Of a stretch of DNA of 47,943 bases, positions 1-10,630 are shown in pieces. The notes under the pieces were generated by a model. That model saw only the letters and a program-made list of their open reading frames with translations. It searched no databases and was not told the origin of the DNA. Positions within the stretch are counted from its first letter, which is position 1, and the number at the start of each line of letters is the position of its first letter. The DNA comes from Bacteroidales bacterium (GTDB taxonomy: Bacteria > Bacteroidota > Bacteroidia > Bacteroidales > Azobacteroidaceae), in contig JAVBMM010000085.1 in assembly GCA_031552425.1 (NCBI GenBank), positions 1-47,943 of the forward strand. Reading direction: 5' to 3'. The position numbers and the translations under genes are program-made.

Positions 1-1
1 G

Positions 2-475
2 GCTGAAAAGGAATTTGGAGCAGAACTTCAGTCCGGTAAATTGAAAATAAAAGATGTTATTGCCGATGCCTTCTTGCAAAATACTTTGTTGAAACCTGAA
101 GATTATTCAGTTGTTGCTACATTGAATTTGAACGGAGATTATGTTTCCGACCAATTGGCAGCGATGGTCGGAGGAATAGGGATTGCTCCAGGAGCTAATA
201 TTAATTATCAGACAGGACATGCTATTTTTGAAGCAACGCATGGAACCGCTCCTGATATTGCCGGTAAAAATATGGCAAATCCTTCTTCCATTATTCTTTC
301 AGGAGTGATGATGTTGGAATATTTAGGATGGAAAGAAGTGGCAGTAATGATAGAAAATGTAATGGAAAAAACTTTCATGGAAGGAAAAGCAACTATAGAT
401 TTAGCCCGTTTCATGGAGAATGGAAAAACGCTTTCCACCCAAGCGTTTATTGAAGAATTGATTAAAAAAATGTAA
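2..475 (+). CDS. icd: Isocitrate dehydrogenase (NADP-type, beta-decarboxylating dehydrogenase family), C-terminal part. The 5-prime end lies outside the window.
   Basis: The frame is open from the window edge (nt 2) to the stop at 473-475. The translation contains [34 protein letters not shown], typical of the C-terminal region of isocitrate/isopropylmalate dehydrogenases. Citrate synthase follows 5 nt later. Confidence 0.85.
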   Translation, partial: AEKEFGAELQSGKLKIKDVIADAFLQNTLLKPEDYSVVATLNLNGDYVSDQLAAMVGGIGIAPGANINYQTGHAIFEATHGTAPDIAGKNMANPSSIILSGVMMLEYLGWKEVAVMIENVMEKTFMEGKATIDLARFMENGKTLSTQAFIEELIKKM

Positions 476-480
476 TTGTT

Positions 481-1842
481 ATGGAAAGAAAAGATGAATT
501 TATGATTTATAAACTGTCTGAATCTATCAAGACAACCAGTCGTATCGACAATGAATTATTCAAGCAATACAACGTGAAAAGAGGTCTAAGAAATGAAGAC
601 CATTCCGGGGTATTGGTAGGGTTGACAAAAATTGGTGATGTAGTCGGTTATGAAAGACAAGAGGAGGGTGGATTAAAAGCGATTCCCGGCAAGCTTTTTT
701 ATCGGGGAATTGATGTGGAAGATCTTGTTCATGGTCTTCAAGAAGAAAAACGTGTTGGATTTGAAGAAACCTGTTTTTTATTGTTATCCGGAAAATTGCC
801 TGATGAAGAAGAATTAATCACTTTTTCCGAAATGATTAATTCTGGGATGCCTTTAGAGCACCGGGTAAAAATGAATATTTTAGATCTGGAAGGGACAAAT
901 ATTATGAATATTCTTGCCCGTTCTGTGTTGGAAATGTACACTTTTGATGATCGGGCAGACGATAATTCCCGTGATAATTTGATGCGTCAATCTATTGATC
1001 TGATAGCAAAATTTCCTACAATTATCGCTTATGCCTATAATATCATGCGTCATAGTTCATACGGACGTTCGTTACATATTCGTCATCCTAAAGAAGATGC
1101 TTCATTAGCTGAAAACTTTTTGTTTATGATGAATGGCCCAAGCGGATATACGGAATTAGATGTTCGTGTGTTGGATCTGGCTTTAATATTGCATGCGGAA
1201 CATGGAGGAGGAAATAATTCTACATTTACCGTAAGGGTTACAAGTTCTTCAGGTACAGATACCTATTCTTCTATTGCTGCCGGTATCGGTTCTTTGAAAG
1301 GGCCTTTGCATGGAGGAGCTAATTTAAAGGTGATTGATATGTTCAAGCATTTGAAGGAAAATGTGAAAAACTGGAAAGATACCAAAGAAATAGAAGGATA
1401 CCTCAAAAAAATATTGAATAAAGAAGCTTATAACAGAACCGGATTGATATATGGTATCGGGCATGCTGTTTATACAATATCTGATCCGCGGGCTTTATTG
1501 CTCAAAGAAATGGCTCGGGAATTGGCTAAAGAAAAAGGACGTGAAGAAGAATTTGATTTCTTGGAACGTTTAGAAGGTTTGTCTATTGATGCATTTATGA
1601 AGTTCAAAGGTTCTAAAGTAAATAAGCAAGTTTGTGCCAATGTAGATTTTTATTCCGGATTCGTGTATGAAATGATCGGTTTACCACAAGAAGTGTATAC
1701 GCCTCTTTTTGCCATGTCTCGTATCGTAGGATGGGCAGCTCATCGGATTGAAGAATTGAACTTTGATAGTAAACGGATTATTCGTCCGGCATATAAAAAT
1801 GTATCGGACAAAAAAGAATTTATTCCATTGAATAAAAGATAA
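481..1842 (+). CDS. gltA: Citrate synthase
   Basis: 453-aa ORF with the citrate synthase signatures LHAEHGGGNNSTF and GIGHAVY. An alternative start is Met at 502. Confidence 0.9.
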   Translation: MERKDEFMIYKLSESIKTTSRIDNELFKQYNVKRGLRNEDHSGVLVGLTKIGDVVGYERQEEGGLKAIPGKLFYRGIDVEDLVHGLQEEKRVGFEETCFLLLSGKLPDEEELITFSEMINSGMPLEHRVKMNILDLEGTNIMNILARSVLEMYTFDDRADDNSRDNLMRQSIDLIAKFPTIIAYAYNIMRHSSYGRSLHIRHPKEDASLAENFLFMMNGPSGYTELDVRVLDLALILHAEHGGGNNSTFTVRVTSSSGTDTYSSIAAGIGSLKGPLHGGANLKVIDMFKHLKENVKNWKDTKEIEGYLKKILNKEAYNRTGLIYGIGHAVYTISDPRALLLKEMARELAKEKGREEEFDFLERLEGLSIDAFMKFKGSKVNKQVCANVDFYSGFVYEMIGLPQEVYTPLFAMSRIVGWAAHRIEELNFDSKRIIRPAYKNVSDKKEFIPLNKR

Positions 1843-1856
1843 AATAATGTTGCGCT

Positions 1857-3530
1857 TTACGCCAATAATATCACCAACAGCTGCGCTGAAAGTATTCTTA
1901 AAAACATTGTCAAAGGATATACTGAGGCGTAGCTGACTGATGGAGCATCGTTTCCGGCACTCGAATTAGCATAAGCAAGGGCAGGAGGGTCGGTCATGCT
2001 TCCCGATAATAATCCCATCAATGTAAAGAAATTGAGTTTATATATTTGGCGCCCTATAAAACCTATAATTAACAAAGGCAATGTTGTGATGATAAAACCT
2101 AATCCGATCCAGTTTACACCTCCTTTGTATAAAATCGTTTCCACAAAACCTTCTCCGGCATTGATACCGACACAAGCAAGAAAAAGACAAATCCCTATTT
2201 CGCGTAGCATAAGATTAGCGCTTAATGTTGTGTAAGTAACCAATTTGTATTTAGGTCCGAAAACACTTATCAAAATGGCGACAATTAAAGGTCCTCCGGC
2301 TAATCCTAACTTGACAGGTTGTGGAATTCCCGGAAAAGCAAAAGGAATACTTCCGAGTAATACACCGAGGAAGATACCTATAAAGATAGGAACTGTATTG
2401 GGCTCGTTGAGATGTCTCATTTTATTTCCCAACACTTGTTCTACATTTTTGACTGAGACTTCAGCTCCTACTACAGTAACTTTGTCTCCTATTTGTAACT
2501 GTAAACGGGGTTGTGCAATCAAGTCTATCCCGGCACGATTTACCCGGGTAATGTTTATTCCAAAAGTATTTCTCAGTTTAAGTTGCCCAATGGTTTTTCC
2601 GTTTATTTCCGGTTTGGTAATGATGTATCTTCTCGAAATAAGCTGATTGTCCAGTTTATTCCAATCAGATTCATCCATATTAATCTCTTCCCCGATAAAG
2701 GCTTTTACTGCATTTGTGTCCGGAACGGTAACTACTACAAACACACGGTCTCCTTCTGATAATACAGTTTGGGAAGAAGCTATTTCTATTTGGTCGTTTT
2801 CTTTGTGACAAACACGTGAAATAACGAATCTTCTCTCTATGAGGCTGGCTATTTCAATGACGGATTTTCCAAAGATGGCAGGATTTTTTACTTCTAGGGA
2901 AATAGTTCGCATAGCAATTTGTTTGTTATTATCTGAAGAATTTAAGTCCTCCGTTTCCTTTTCCGGTTCGATGCGAAAAACCGTTTTTAATACAATCATT
3001 GAAAGAATGATGCCAATTACTCCCAAGGGATAAGCTACTGCATATCCCATGGCAATAGTAGGATCCGGTGCTCCGTGAATATCTCGGTAAGCTTCTTGTG
3101 CCGCTCCGAGTCCCGGAGTATTTGTAACTGCTCCGGATAAAATCCCAACCATGGTAGATATTGGCAAACCTGTGATAAAATGTATACAGACGGTAGTAGC
3201 GATTCCTAAAAAAACAATACCTGTTGCCAGCATGTTTAATTTGATTCCTCCTTTTTTGAAAGAAGAGAAAAAACCGGGACCTACTTGTAATCCGATAGAA
3301 TAAACAAATAAGATTAATCCGAATTCTCTCATAAAGTGTAGCACATCATGATTTATGCGAAAACCCAAATGTCCCATCAAAATACCAACGAAAAGTACAA
3401 ATGTTATTCCTAGAGAAACACCGAAGATTTTAATTTTTCCCAGGGTGATGCCTATTGAAATGACGAAAGCAAATAAAAGTACGGTATGAGCAATTCCTTC
3501 TCCAAGAAAAAGATCGTATAACCAATCCAT
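1857..3530 (-). CDS. YidE/YbjL-type putative transporter (aspartate:alanine exchanger family, duplicated membrane domain with two central TrkA-C-like domains)
   Basis: 557 aa. Hydrophobic N- and C-terminal halves flank a soluble middle region of about 170 aa. The N-terminus [41 protein letters not shown] is typical of the family. Confidence 0.75.
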   Translation of the reverse strand: MDWLYDLFLGEGIAHTVLLFAFVISIGITLGKIKIFGVSLGITFVLFVGILMGHLGFRINHDVLHFMREFGLILFVYSIGLQVGPGFFSSFKKGGIKLNMLATGIVFLGIATTVCIHFITGLPISTMVGILSGAVTNTPGLGAAQEAYRDIHGAPDPTIAMGYAVAYPLGVIGIILSMIVLKTVFRIEPEKETEDLNSSDNNKQIAMRTISLEVKNPAIFGKSVIEIASLIERRFVISRVCHKENDQIEIASSQTVLSEGDRVFVVVTVPDTNAVKAFIGEEINMDESDWNKLDNQLISRRYIITKPEINGKTIGQLKLRNTFGINITRVNRAGIDLIAQPRLQLQIGDKVTVVGAEVSVKNVEQVLGNKMRHLNEPNTVPIFIGIFLGVLLGSIPFAFPGIPQPVKLGLAGGPLIVAILISVFGPKYKLVTYTTLSANLMLREIGICLFLACVGINAGEGFVETILYKGGVNWIGLGFIITTLPLLIIGFIGRQIYKLNFFTLMGLLSGSMTDPPALAYANSSAGNDAPSVSYASVYPLTMFLRILSAQLLVILLA

Positions 3531-3534
3531 ATAA

Positions 3535-5166
3535 TTATTTTTTATCAGGTTCTTTGGGAAATGTTTCTCCTTTTCGTATCACTTCTATGGCTTTTGAAAT
3601 CACGGGATCTTTATGTTGAAGAACAGGATAGAAACCTTTTTCTCCAAAGATGTTCCGGATGATGTAAGCTTGTTTGGTGTTTTCTATTAAATTTGCAGAT
3701 TTGCCGATAAGAACAGGTCTGCGTCTTATGTTCTTTGTTTCAGCATGTTGAACAACACCTTCCAGTAAAGATTGTGTTTTTAAATATGCCCATAAATCTT
3801 TGTAGTTTTTGAATTTTTCCAACTTTTTCCTGTTTTGGTCTACATAAAGAAAAGCATATTCATATATGATTCCGTTTTGTTGTAAATTAGAAAAATATGA
3901 AGTCATTCCTGATGTATCCCGCGGAATGAAAATATCCGGCATAATACCTCCACCGTCGTAAACTGTACGTCCCAGAGTTGTTTTGTATTGATGGCCTTTA
4001 GGTTGTTTGATACTGTCTTGAGAATCAAATTCGCCATGATTGAAACGCGTGATCAGGTCTTGCTCATATTCATTTCTTTTACCTAATTCATAATCTTTTT
4101 GAATACATCTTCCTGAAGGAGTGTAGTATCGAGCAATGGTTAATCTTAAAGCAGATCCATCGCTTAATTCTACTTGGTTTTGTACCAGTCCTTTACCGAA
4201 AGAACGGCGTCCGATAATTAATCCCCTGTCATTATCTTGCATAGCTCCTGCAACAATTTCACTTGCAGAGGCGGATAATTCGTCCATAAGGATAACAATA
4301 GGTTGATTTTGGCATGAACCGGTTCCGTTTGCATAAGCATCGCTACGCGGAAAAGATTTTCCTTTTGTGTAAACGATTAATCTTCCGGAAGGTAAAAATT
4401 CGTTGCAGATGTTGATTGCAACATCCAATGAACCTCCGGTGTTTTGGCGTAAATCAATAATGAAAGATTGGCATCCTTCTTTTGTTAATACACCCAAGGC
4501 TTTTAAAAATTCGATATATGTAGGTTTTCCGAATTTTCCTATTTTGATTAGTCCGACGCCTTTTTCTATTTCGTATGCTACATCAATAGTATTGACAGGT
4601 ACATCTCCTCTGGTGATTTCATATTTTTTTATTTCAGACTTGCCATTTCGTTTAATTCCTACGGTTACTTTTGTTCCTTTGGGGCCTCTCAGTGTCTTCA
4701 TCACTTTTTCGTCTGTAATGCCTACTCCTGCAAAAATGGAATCGTTGATAGTAACAATTCTGTCTCCTGCCTGTAATCCTACTTTTTCAGAAGGTCCTTG
4801 GGAGATGACATTAACGACGATAATGGTGTCGTTTTGCTTGATAAATTGAACGCCAATGCCGCTGAAATGCCCTTCCATGTCTTCGTTCACAGTTTCTAAG
4901 TCTTCTGCAGGAATGTATGTGGAATGAGGATCTAATTCGCTGATTATTTTTGGAATAGTTTCTTCCACCAGACTTTTCATATTGACACTATCTACATATT
5001 GGTCGTTAATGATGTCCAAAATGACATCTATTTTATTTCCGGAACTCATGAAGAATTTTCTGCTGATTGCATTTCCCGAAAAATAATTTCCCAGAATAAA
5101 TCCTACTACCAATGTAAATAGGACAATAATGGGTAAAATCAAATAAAATTTTTGAGATGATTTCAT
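3535..5166 (-). CDS. S41 family carboxy-terminal processing peptidase
   Basis: 543 aa with an N-terminal membrane anchor, a PDZ-like segment (GIGVQF...[18 protein letters not shown]) and the S41 catalytic serine context ([15 protein letters not shown]...GKG). Confidence 0.85.
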   Translation of the reverse strand: MKSSQKFYLILPIIVLFTLVVGFILGNYFSGNAISRKFFMSSGNKIDVILDIINDQYVDSVNMKSLVEETIPKIISELDPHSTYIPAEDLETVNEDMEGHFSGIGVQFIKQNDTIIVVNVISQGPSEKVGLQAGDRIVTINDSIFAGVGITDEKVMKTLRGPKGTKVTVGIKRNGKSEIKKYEITRGDVPVNTIDVAYEIEKGVGLIKIGKFGKPTYIEFLKALGVLTKEGCQSFIIDLRQNTGGSLDVAINICNEFLPSGRLIVYTKGKSFPRSDAYANGTGSCQNQPIVILMDELSASASEIVAGAMQDNDRGLIIGRRSFGKGLVQNQVELSDGSALRLTIARYYTPSGRCIQKDYELGKRNEYEQDLITRFNHGEFDSQDSIKQPKGHQYKTTLGRTVYDGGGIMPDIFIPRDTSGMTSYFSNLQQNGIIYEYAFLYVDQNRKKLEKFKNYKDLWAYLKTQSLLEGVVQHAETKNIRRRPVLIGKSANLIENTKQAYIIRNIFGEKGFYPVLQHKDPVISKAIEVIRKGETFPKEPDKK

Positions 5167-5187
5167 ATAATTAAATGTGACAAACTT

Positions 5188-5640
5188 TTAGTCTTTAATT
5201 AGTAATTCTTTTTCAATTATTTCCATATCAATGAATATAACATCTATTCCGGCTTTTTCCAATAGCTTGATGCCATCGTCCAATCGGTATTTTTCCGAAT
5301 AAACTACTCTTTTTATTCCTGATTGGATGATTAATTTGGCGCATTCTATACATGGAGACGCAGTTACATACATGGTTGCTTCATGGCTGTTGTTGTTTGA
5401 GCGTGCAATTTTTGTGATTGCATTGGCTTCTGCGTGTAATACATATGGTTTAGTCGTATTATCTCTATCTTCACAGATATTTTCAAACCCAGAAGGAGTT
5501 CCGTTGTATCCATCGGAAATGATCATCTTGTCTTTTACGACTAATGCACCTACTTTTCTACGAATGCAATATGAATTTTCCGACCAAACTTTGGCCATCC
5601 GGAGATAGCGTTTGTCTAAGAGCAATTGTTTGTTGTTCAT
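5188..5640 (-). CDS. Deoxycytidylate (dCMP) deaminase
   Basis: 150 aa with the cytidine/deoxycytidylate deaminase zinc motifs HAEANAI and SPCIECAKLI. Its start overlaps the stop of the upstream dcp gene by 4 nt. Confidence 0.85.
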   Translation of the reverse strand: MNNKQLLLDKRYLRMAKVWSENSYCIRRKVGALVVKDKMIISDGYNGTPSGFENICEDRDNTTKPYVLHAEANAITKIARSNNNSHEATMYVTASPCIECAKLIIQSGIKRVVYSEKYRLDDGIKLLEKAGIDVIFIDMEIIEKELLIKD

Positions 5641-7727
5641 TTTATTCCGTCTCTTTTCATTAAAGCGTCCACATCGGGCTCTTGTCCCCGGAAACGAATA
5701 TATAATTTCATCGGATCTTCCGATCCTCCTTTGGATAGAATGTGCTCCCTGAATTTTTGTGCAATCACTTGGCTGAAAATCCCATTTGCTTTAAAAACCG
5801 AATAAGCATCGGCATCCAACACTTCTGCCCATTTATATCCATAGTAACCGGCAGCATATCCTCCTGAAAAAATATGGTTGAACGCTGTACTTGAGCAGGT
5901 TCCTTCTATACGTGGAAGTAATTGGGTAGCTTTTGTTGCTTTTTGTTCAAATTCAAATACACCACCTTTGTATGGTTCGTTGATTGTATGCCAAGCCATA
6001 TCTAAATATCCAAAACTAAGTTGTCGGACACATGCATAAGCGGAATTAAAATTTCCGGCCGCAACTAAATTTTGTACTAATGCTGTAGGGATCTTTTCTC
6101 CTGTTTGGTAATGGACGGCAAAACGATCTAAAAATTCTTTTTCCAGCAAAAAGTTCTCCATGACTTGCGAAGGTAATTCCACGAAGTCCCGGTATACATT
6201 TGTTCCACTTAAACTTTCATAAGTTCCGTTGGCAAACATTCCATGTAATCCATGTCCGAATTCGTGTAAGAATGTTTCTGTTTCATAAAATGTTAACAGT
6301 GCAGGTTTTGTTTCTGTGGGTCTTGTGAAGTTCATTACCAAAGAGATGTGTGGACGAGAATTTTTACCGTCTTCTATCCATTGTCCTTTATATTCAGTCA
6401 TCCAGGCACCTGAATTCTTTCCTTTGCGTGGGAAGAAATCTGTATAAAGTACAGCCAGGAAACTACCATCTTTATCATAAACTTCGTATGCATCTACTTC
6501 CGGGTGATATACCGGAATCTTGGGATTTTTTTTGAAGGTGATTCCATACAATTCTGTTGCTAAACCAAAAACACCTTTTATTACATTTTCCAATTGGAAG
6601 TAAGGGCGTGTAAGTTCATCGTTGACATTGAATTTTATTTCTTTTAGCTTTTCAGAATAATAATTCCAATCCCAAGGCATGACTTGTATATTTTTACCTT
6701 CTTTTCCCAATGCAAAACCTTCTACTTCGCTTATTTCCCTTTTGGCTACCGGCCTGTAATTTTCTAATAATTTGTTTAGTAAATTGTACACGTTTTTCGG
6801 ATTTCCTGCCATTCGTTTACGGAGTACATAATCAGCATAGGTCTTATACCCTAATAATTGAACAATTTTCAAACGGGTATCTACGATTTCTTCTACGATT
6901 TTTTTATTGTCGAATTCTCCGCCTTGGGCGCATCTTCCTGCATAAACAAGATACATTTTTTGCCTTAGATCGCGGTTATCTGCATATTGCATAAAAGGTC
7001 CGTAAGAAGGAAATGTTAGATCGAATAACCAACCTTCTTTGCCTTTTTCTTTAGCTTTCAAGGCTGCAGCTTCACAAATGCCTTCCGGAATACCGGCTAA
7101 ATCGGATTTATTATTCAGCAATAATTCGAATTTATTGGTTTCTTTCAGTGTATTTTGTGAAAAAGTTAAGGTCAATTTGCTTAGTTGGGAAGATAAATCC
7201 CTGAATGTTTTTTTATTTACATCATTCAGGTTAGCTCCTCCATCAACGAAAAAGTTGTATATTTTTTCCAGAAGCATGAGATCTTCTGAATTAAGATTCA
7301 GTTGGTCTTTTTGGTCATATACTGATTTTACACGGGCAAATAATTTTTCGTTCAGGGATATATTAGTTTCATGTTCAGACATTTTAGGAGAAATACGTTG
7401 CGATATTTCCATCATTTCGTCATTTGTTTCAGCGCTATTGAGATTATAGAATACTGATGTTACACGAGACAGTAATTTACCTGAATGTTCAAAAGCCACA
7501 ATTGTGTTTTCAAATGTTACCGGTTTTGAATTGTTGATTATCTTTTCAATTTCTTTTATTTGTTCCTGCATTCCTTTTTCAAAAGCAGGTTCGTAATGCG
7601 ATGTCTTGATTTTATTGAAAGGTGCTGTTTCATGCGGAGTACCGTAATTTTTAAAGAATGGATTTTCTGCGTTGGTCATATGATTGTAAAATATTAGTAA
7701 TGTGATAAAAAAAACAATTTTTTTCAT
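5637..7727 (-). CDS. dcp: M3 family peptidyl-dipeptidase (Dcp-like zinc metallopeptidase), secreted/periplasmic
   Basis: 696 aa with signal peptide MKKIVFFITLLIFYNHMTNA and the HEFGHGLH zinc-binding motif. Length and layout match M3A peptidases. Confidence 0.85.
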   Translation of the reverse strand: MKKIVFFITLLIFYNHMTNAENPFFKNYGTPHETAPFNKIKTSHYEPAFEKGMQEQIKEIEKIINNSKPVTFENTIVAFEHSGKLLSRVTSVFYNLNSAETNDEMMEISQRISPKMSEHETNISLNEKLFARVKSVYDQKDQLNLNSEDLMLLEKIYNFFVDGGANLNDVNKKTFRDLSSQLSKLTLTFSQNTLKETNKFELLLNNKSDLAGIPEGICEAAALKAKEKGKEGWLFDLTFPSYGPFMQYADNRDLRQKMYLVYAGRCAQGGEFDNKKIVEEIVDTRLKIVQLLGYKTYADYVLRKRMAGNPKNVYNLLNKLLENYRPVAKREISEVEGFALGKEGKNIQVMPWDWNYYSEKLKEIKFNVNDELTRPYFQLENVIKGVFGLATELYGITFKKNPKIPVYHPEVDAYEVYDKDGSFLAVLYTDFFPRKGKNSGAWMTEYKGQWIEDGKNSRPHISLVMNFTRPTETKPALLTFYETETFLHEFGHGLHGMFANGTYESLSGTNVYRDFVELPSQVMENFLLEKEFLDRFAVHYQTGEKIPTALVQNLVAAGNFNSAYACVRQLSFGYLDMAWHTINEPYKGGVFEFEQKATKATQLLPRIEGTCSSTAFNHIFSGGYAAGYYGYKWAEVLDADAYSVFKANGIFSQVIAQKFREHILSKGGSEDPMKLYIRFRGQEPDVDALMKRDGIK

Positions 7728-7760
7728 GATTTTTTACTTGCTTGTTTTTGGTTTGCAAAG

Positions 7761-7788
7761 GTCGGAATTATTCGGGAATTATTGTCGG
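7761..7788. repeat. Short tandem direct repeat GTCGGAATTATT / CGGGAATTATT / GTCGG upstream of dcp
   Basis: Read directly from the sequence. It lies 34-61 nt upstream of the dcp start (7727, minus strand), next to a near-consensus GAccTTTG box (7756-7763, minus). Confidence 0.6.
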
Positions 7789-7826
7789 TTTTTATGAAAA
7801 ATATTATGGGTTGGACTGTTGTATTT

Positions 7827-8468
7827 TTATCCTTTATCAATGGATAAATCTTCGTTGTTTTCTTCTTCGTTATTTTCTTCTTCCATTTCAGGTTTTTGAG
7901 GGCCATCTTTTCTGAATAATATAGCGTAAGCTGTTCCTGCTATAGCTCCGGATAAATGGCCTTCCCAAGATGTATTCTCTCCCATTATTTCAACTATGGG
8001 GAACATATTCCAGATAATGCTTCCATATAGAAAGGCAACAAGCAATGAGGTTGCTATCAAAGGAATATAATTACGGAGGATTCCACTGAAAAATAAAAAA
8101 AAGCATAAACCATAAATTAATCCGCTGGCTCCAATGTGCCAGGATTCTCGGCCTATTAACCATGTGATAATTCCGGAAGTTATCCAAATCAATAAAAAAC
8201 TTCGTAGTGCAATGTCTGTATAAAAATAAAAAAGACACCAGCCTAATATGAGCAAAGGGAATGTATTGGAAAAAAGATGGGAAAAGCCTTCATGCACGAG
8301 AGGAGTGAAGAAAATCCCTTGCAATCCGTTTAAATGTCTTGGGTATATTCCCCAAGTGTACCAGTGGGCATTTAACCCCCATTCCAGCAGTTGTATCAAC
8401 CATAAAAGGATAACAAAACAAGCTGGAACGAATAAAGCATATATGATACGTTTGTTTTCGAATTTCAT
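7827..8468 (-). CDS. Rhomboid family intramembrane serine protease
   Basis: 213 aa and polytopic. It carries the HLFSN (HxxxN) motif, the catalytic GASGLIYG (GxSG) motif and a later WEGHLSGAIAG histidine motif. The C-terminal tail is acidic (EMEEENNEEENNED). Confidence 0.8.
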   Translation of the reverse strand: MKFENKRIIYALFVPACFVILLWLIQLLEWGLNAHWYTWGIYPRHLNGLQGIFFTPLVHEGFSHLFSNTFPLLILGWCLFYFYTDIALRSFLLIWITSGIITWLIGRESWHIGASGLIYGLCFFLFFSGILRNYIPLIATSLLVAFLYGSIIWNMFPIVEIMGENTSWEGHLSGAIAGTAYAILFRKDGPQKPEMEEENNEEENNEDLSIDKG

Positions 8469-8663
8469 CCTACAAAAATAATAGAACTGATTTAAGAAAT
8501 TGTTTAAATCTTAAAATTTATGCGCTTCCATGATAAAGACAACAAAATAAACACTTTATTTGTTTCTAATTTAAAATAAAAAGCGTATTTTCGTAAAGTT
8601 GAGAAATAAACTATGGTAATCTCACATTAAAAAATTGTTTATTGCCTTAATCCAGAGAATATT

Positions 8664-10613
8664 ATGACTTATCTTAAATTTGATAAAACCCTGATGATCA
8701 ACTTGGAAGAGTCTTTGAAAAGAGAAGTTCTGAGGACAAATCGAGGGGGAGCCTATCATTGTACTACAATTGTGGATTGTAATACCCGTAAATATCACGG
8801 ATTGTTGGTGATTCCGGTACCAACGCTTGATACAGATAATCATGTTTTATTATCTTCTCTTGATGAAACGGTTATTCAACACGGAGCTGAATTTAATTTG
8901 GGTTTACATAAATATCAGGGAGATAACTATAGCCCTAAAGGTCATAAATATATTCGTCAGTTTGATTGTGAAGAAATGCCTCGTACTGTGTACCGCGTCG
9001 GAGGTGTTATATTGGCGAAAGAAAAAGTCTTTACCGTGTATGGAAACCGGTTGATGATTAAATACACGCTTTTAGATGCTCATTCTCCTACTTTGTTACG
9101 GTTTCGTCCGTTTTTGGCTTTCAGAAATGTGAATAATCTTACTGTGGAAAATAATGATGTCAATAAAAATTATTCGGAAATAGAGAACGGGATAAAAACT
9201 TGTATGTATCCTGGTTATCCCGATCTACATATGCAATTCAGCAAAGCATGTAAATTTATTTTTCATCCGGATTGGTACCGTGGAATAGAATATACTAAGG
9301 AAAGGGAAAGAGGTTTTCCTTACCGGGAAGATTTATATGTTCCCGGATATTTTGAATTACCGATATCTAAAGGAGAATCGGTTTATTTTTCTGCGGCGGA
9401 TGAGTTTATCCGTCCCCAGGATATGGAGGAAACCTATGAGATAGAGGTTAAATCACGTACTCCTCGTTCGGGATTTTATAATTGCTTGAGAAATTCTGCA
9501 CAGCAGTTTTATTTTCGTCCTACGGAAAATGATGCATATTTATTAGCTGGTTATCCTTGGTTTAAAGTACGTGCAAGGGATTTGTTCATCGCCTTGCCGG
9601 GATGTACTTTGGGTATTGACGATCCAGTACGTTTTGAAAAAATAATGACAACTGCTATTCCTGCAATCCGTAATTATATTGAAATAGGAGAGATTGATCC
9701 GGTTATCAGCGAAATTGATGCTCCGGATGTTTTCTTGTGGGCAGTACGGGCTATACAGGAATATGGAAGACATGAAGGAAAAGAGAAATGTGCAGATTTG
9801 TATGGAGATTTGCTTCAAGATATGGTAGGATTTATTTTGAAAGGTAAGCATCCTAATTTATTTGTTCATGAAAACGGCTTGTTGTATGCCAATGGAAAAG
9901 ATAAGGCCATTACTTGGATGAACGCTACTGTCAATGGTAAGCCGGTTGTTCCCAGGACAGGTTATATTGTTGAATTCAATGCATTATGGTATAACGCATT
10001 AAAATATGTAGCAGAATTATCTACATTAAAAGGGAATGATGTTATAGCCGGAAAAATGGAAGCAGTGGCAGAAAAAACAGCCGTATCTTTTATCAATACA
10101 TTTATGAACGGATATGGTTATTTGTTTGATTATGTAGATGGAAGTTATACGGACTGGAGTGTTCGTCCGAATATGATATTTGCAGTGGAGTTGGAATATT
10201 CACCTCTCGACAGAAAGCAAAAACGTATGATTTTGGATTTTGTTACAAAAGAATTGTTGACACCTAAAGGATTACGAAGTTTAAGTCCCAAAAGTGAAGG
10301 ATATAACCCGTATTATGTAGGTTCCCAGTACGAAAGGGATTTGGCCTATCATCAAGGTACCGCATGGCCTTGGTTGTTTGGAGCATATTTGGTTTCTTAT
10401 TTGAAAGTTTTTGGGTTGAGCGGAGTTTCTTTTGTAGAAAGAATGTTGATTGGTTTTGAAGAAGAGATGAGTTTACATTGTATTGGTTCTATCTCTGAGT
10501 TGTTTGACGGAAATCCTCCTTTTGAGAGTAGGGGGGCTATTTCTTTTTCAATGAATGTGGCTGCAATTTTAAAAGTGCTTAAAGTGTTGAATTCGTATAA
10601 TACGGATTTGTAA
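8664..10613 (+). CDS. Glycogen debranching enzyme-like protein (amylo-alpha-1,6-glucosidase / GDE C-terminal domain family, archaeal type)
   Basis: 649 aa. Family-level recognition (YHCTTIVDCNTRKYHGLL near the N-terminus, C-terminal (alpha/alpha)6-type region with YHQGTAWPWL). It is the first gene of a GDE-GT4-GH57 trio. Confidence 0.75.
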   Translation: MTYLKFDKTLMINLEESLKREVLRTNRGGAYHCTTIVDCNTRKYHGLLVIPVPTLDTDNHVLLSSLDETVIQHGAEFNLGLHKYQGDNYSPKGHKYIRQFDCEEMPRTVYRVGGVILAKEKVFTVYGNRLMIKYTLLDAHSPTLLRFRPFLAFRNVNNLTVENNDVNKNYSEIENGIKTCMYPGYPDLHMQFSKACKFIFHPDWYRGIEYTKERERGFPYREDLYVPGYFELPISKGESVYFSAADEFIRPQDMEETYEIEVKSRTPRSGFYNCLRNSAQQFYFRPTENDAYLLAGYPWFKVRARDLFIALPGCTLGIDDPVRFEKIMTTAIPAIRNYIEIGEIDPVISEIDAPDVFLWAVRAIQEYGRHEGKEKCADLYGDLLQDMVGFILKGKHPNLFVHENGLLYANGKDKAITWMNATVNGKPVVPRTGYIVEFNALWYNALKYVAELSTLKGNDVIAGKMEAVAEKTAVSFINTFMNGYGYLFDYVDGSYTDWSVRPNMIFAVELEYSPLDRKQKRMILDFVTKELLTPKGLRSLSPKSEGYNPYYVGSQYERDLAYHQGTAWPWLFGAYLVSYLKVFGLSGVSFVERMLIGFEEEMSLHCIGSISELFDGNPPFESRGAISFSMNVAAILKVLKVLNSYNTDL

Positions 10614-10630
10614 TATAAAAATTACTGACT

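Noticed and set aside
1996-3033. Plus-strand ORFs of 64-133 aa inside 1857-3530.
   Set aside because: They are antisense to the YidE/YbjL-type transporter gene and have no motifs.
7724-7906. A 60-aa lysine-rich ORF spanning the dcp-rhomboid spacer.
   Set aside because: It overlaps the rhomboid 3-prime end out of frame, is low-complexity, and has no promoter or start context.
7827-8468. The rhomboid protein as a rhombosortase partner of a GlyGly-CTERM system.
   Set aside because: No GlyGly-CTERM-type substrate is visible nearby, and the sequence shows only generic rhomboid motifs. The specialised role has no support.
8473-8480. A minus-strand TAttTTTG box upstream of the rhomboid gene.
   Set aside because: It lies only 4 nt from the annotated ATG at 8468, so a transcript from it would start inside the ORF. 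Either it is a coincidence or the true start is downstream. It is too ambiguous to call.
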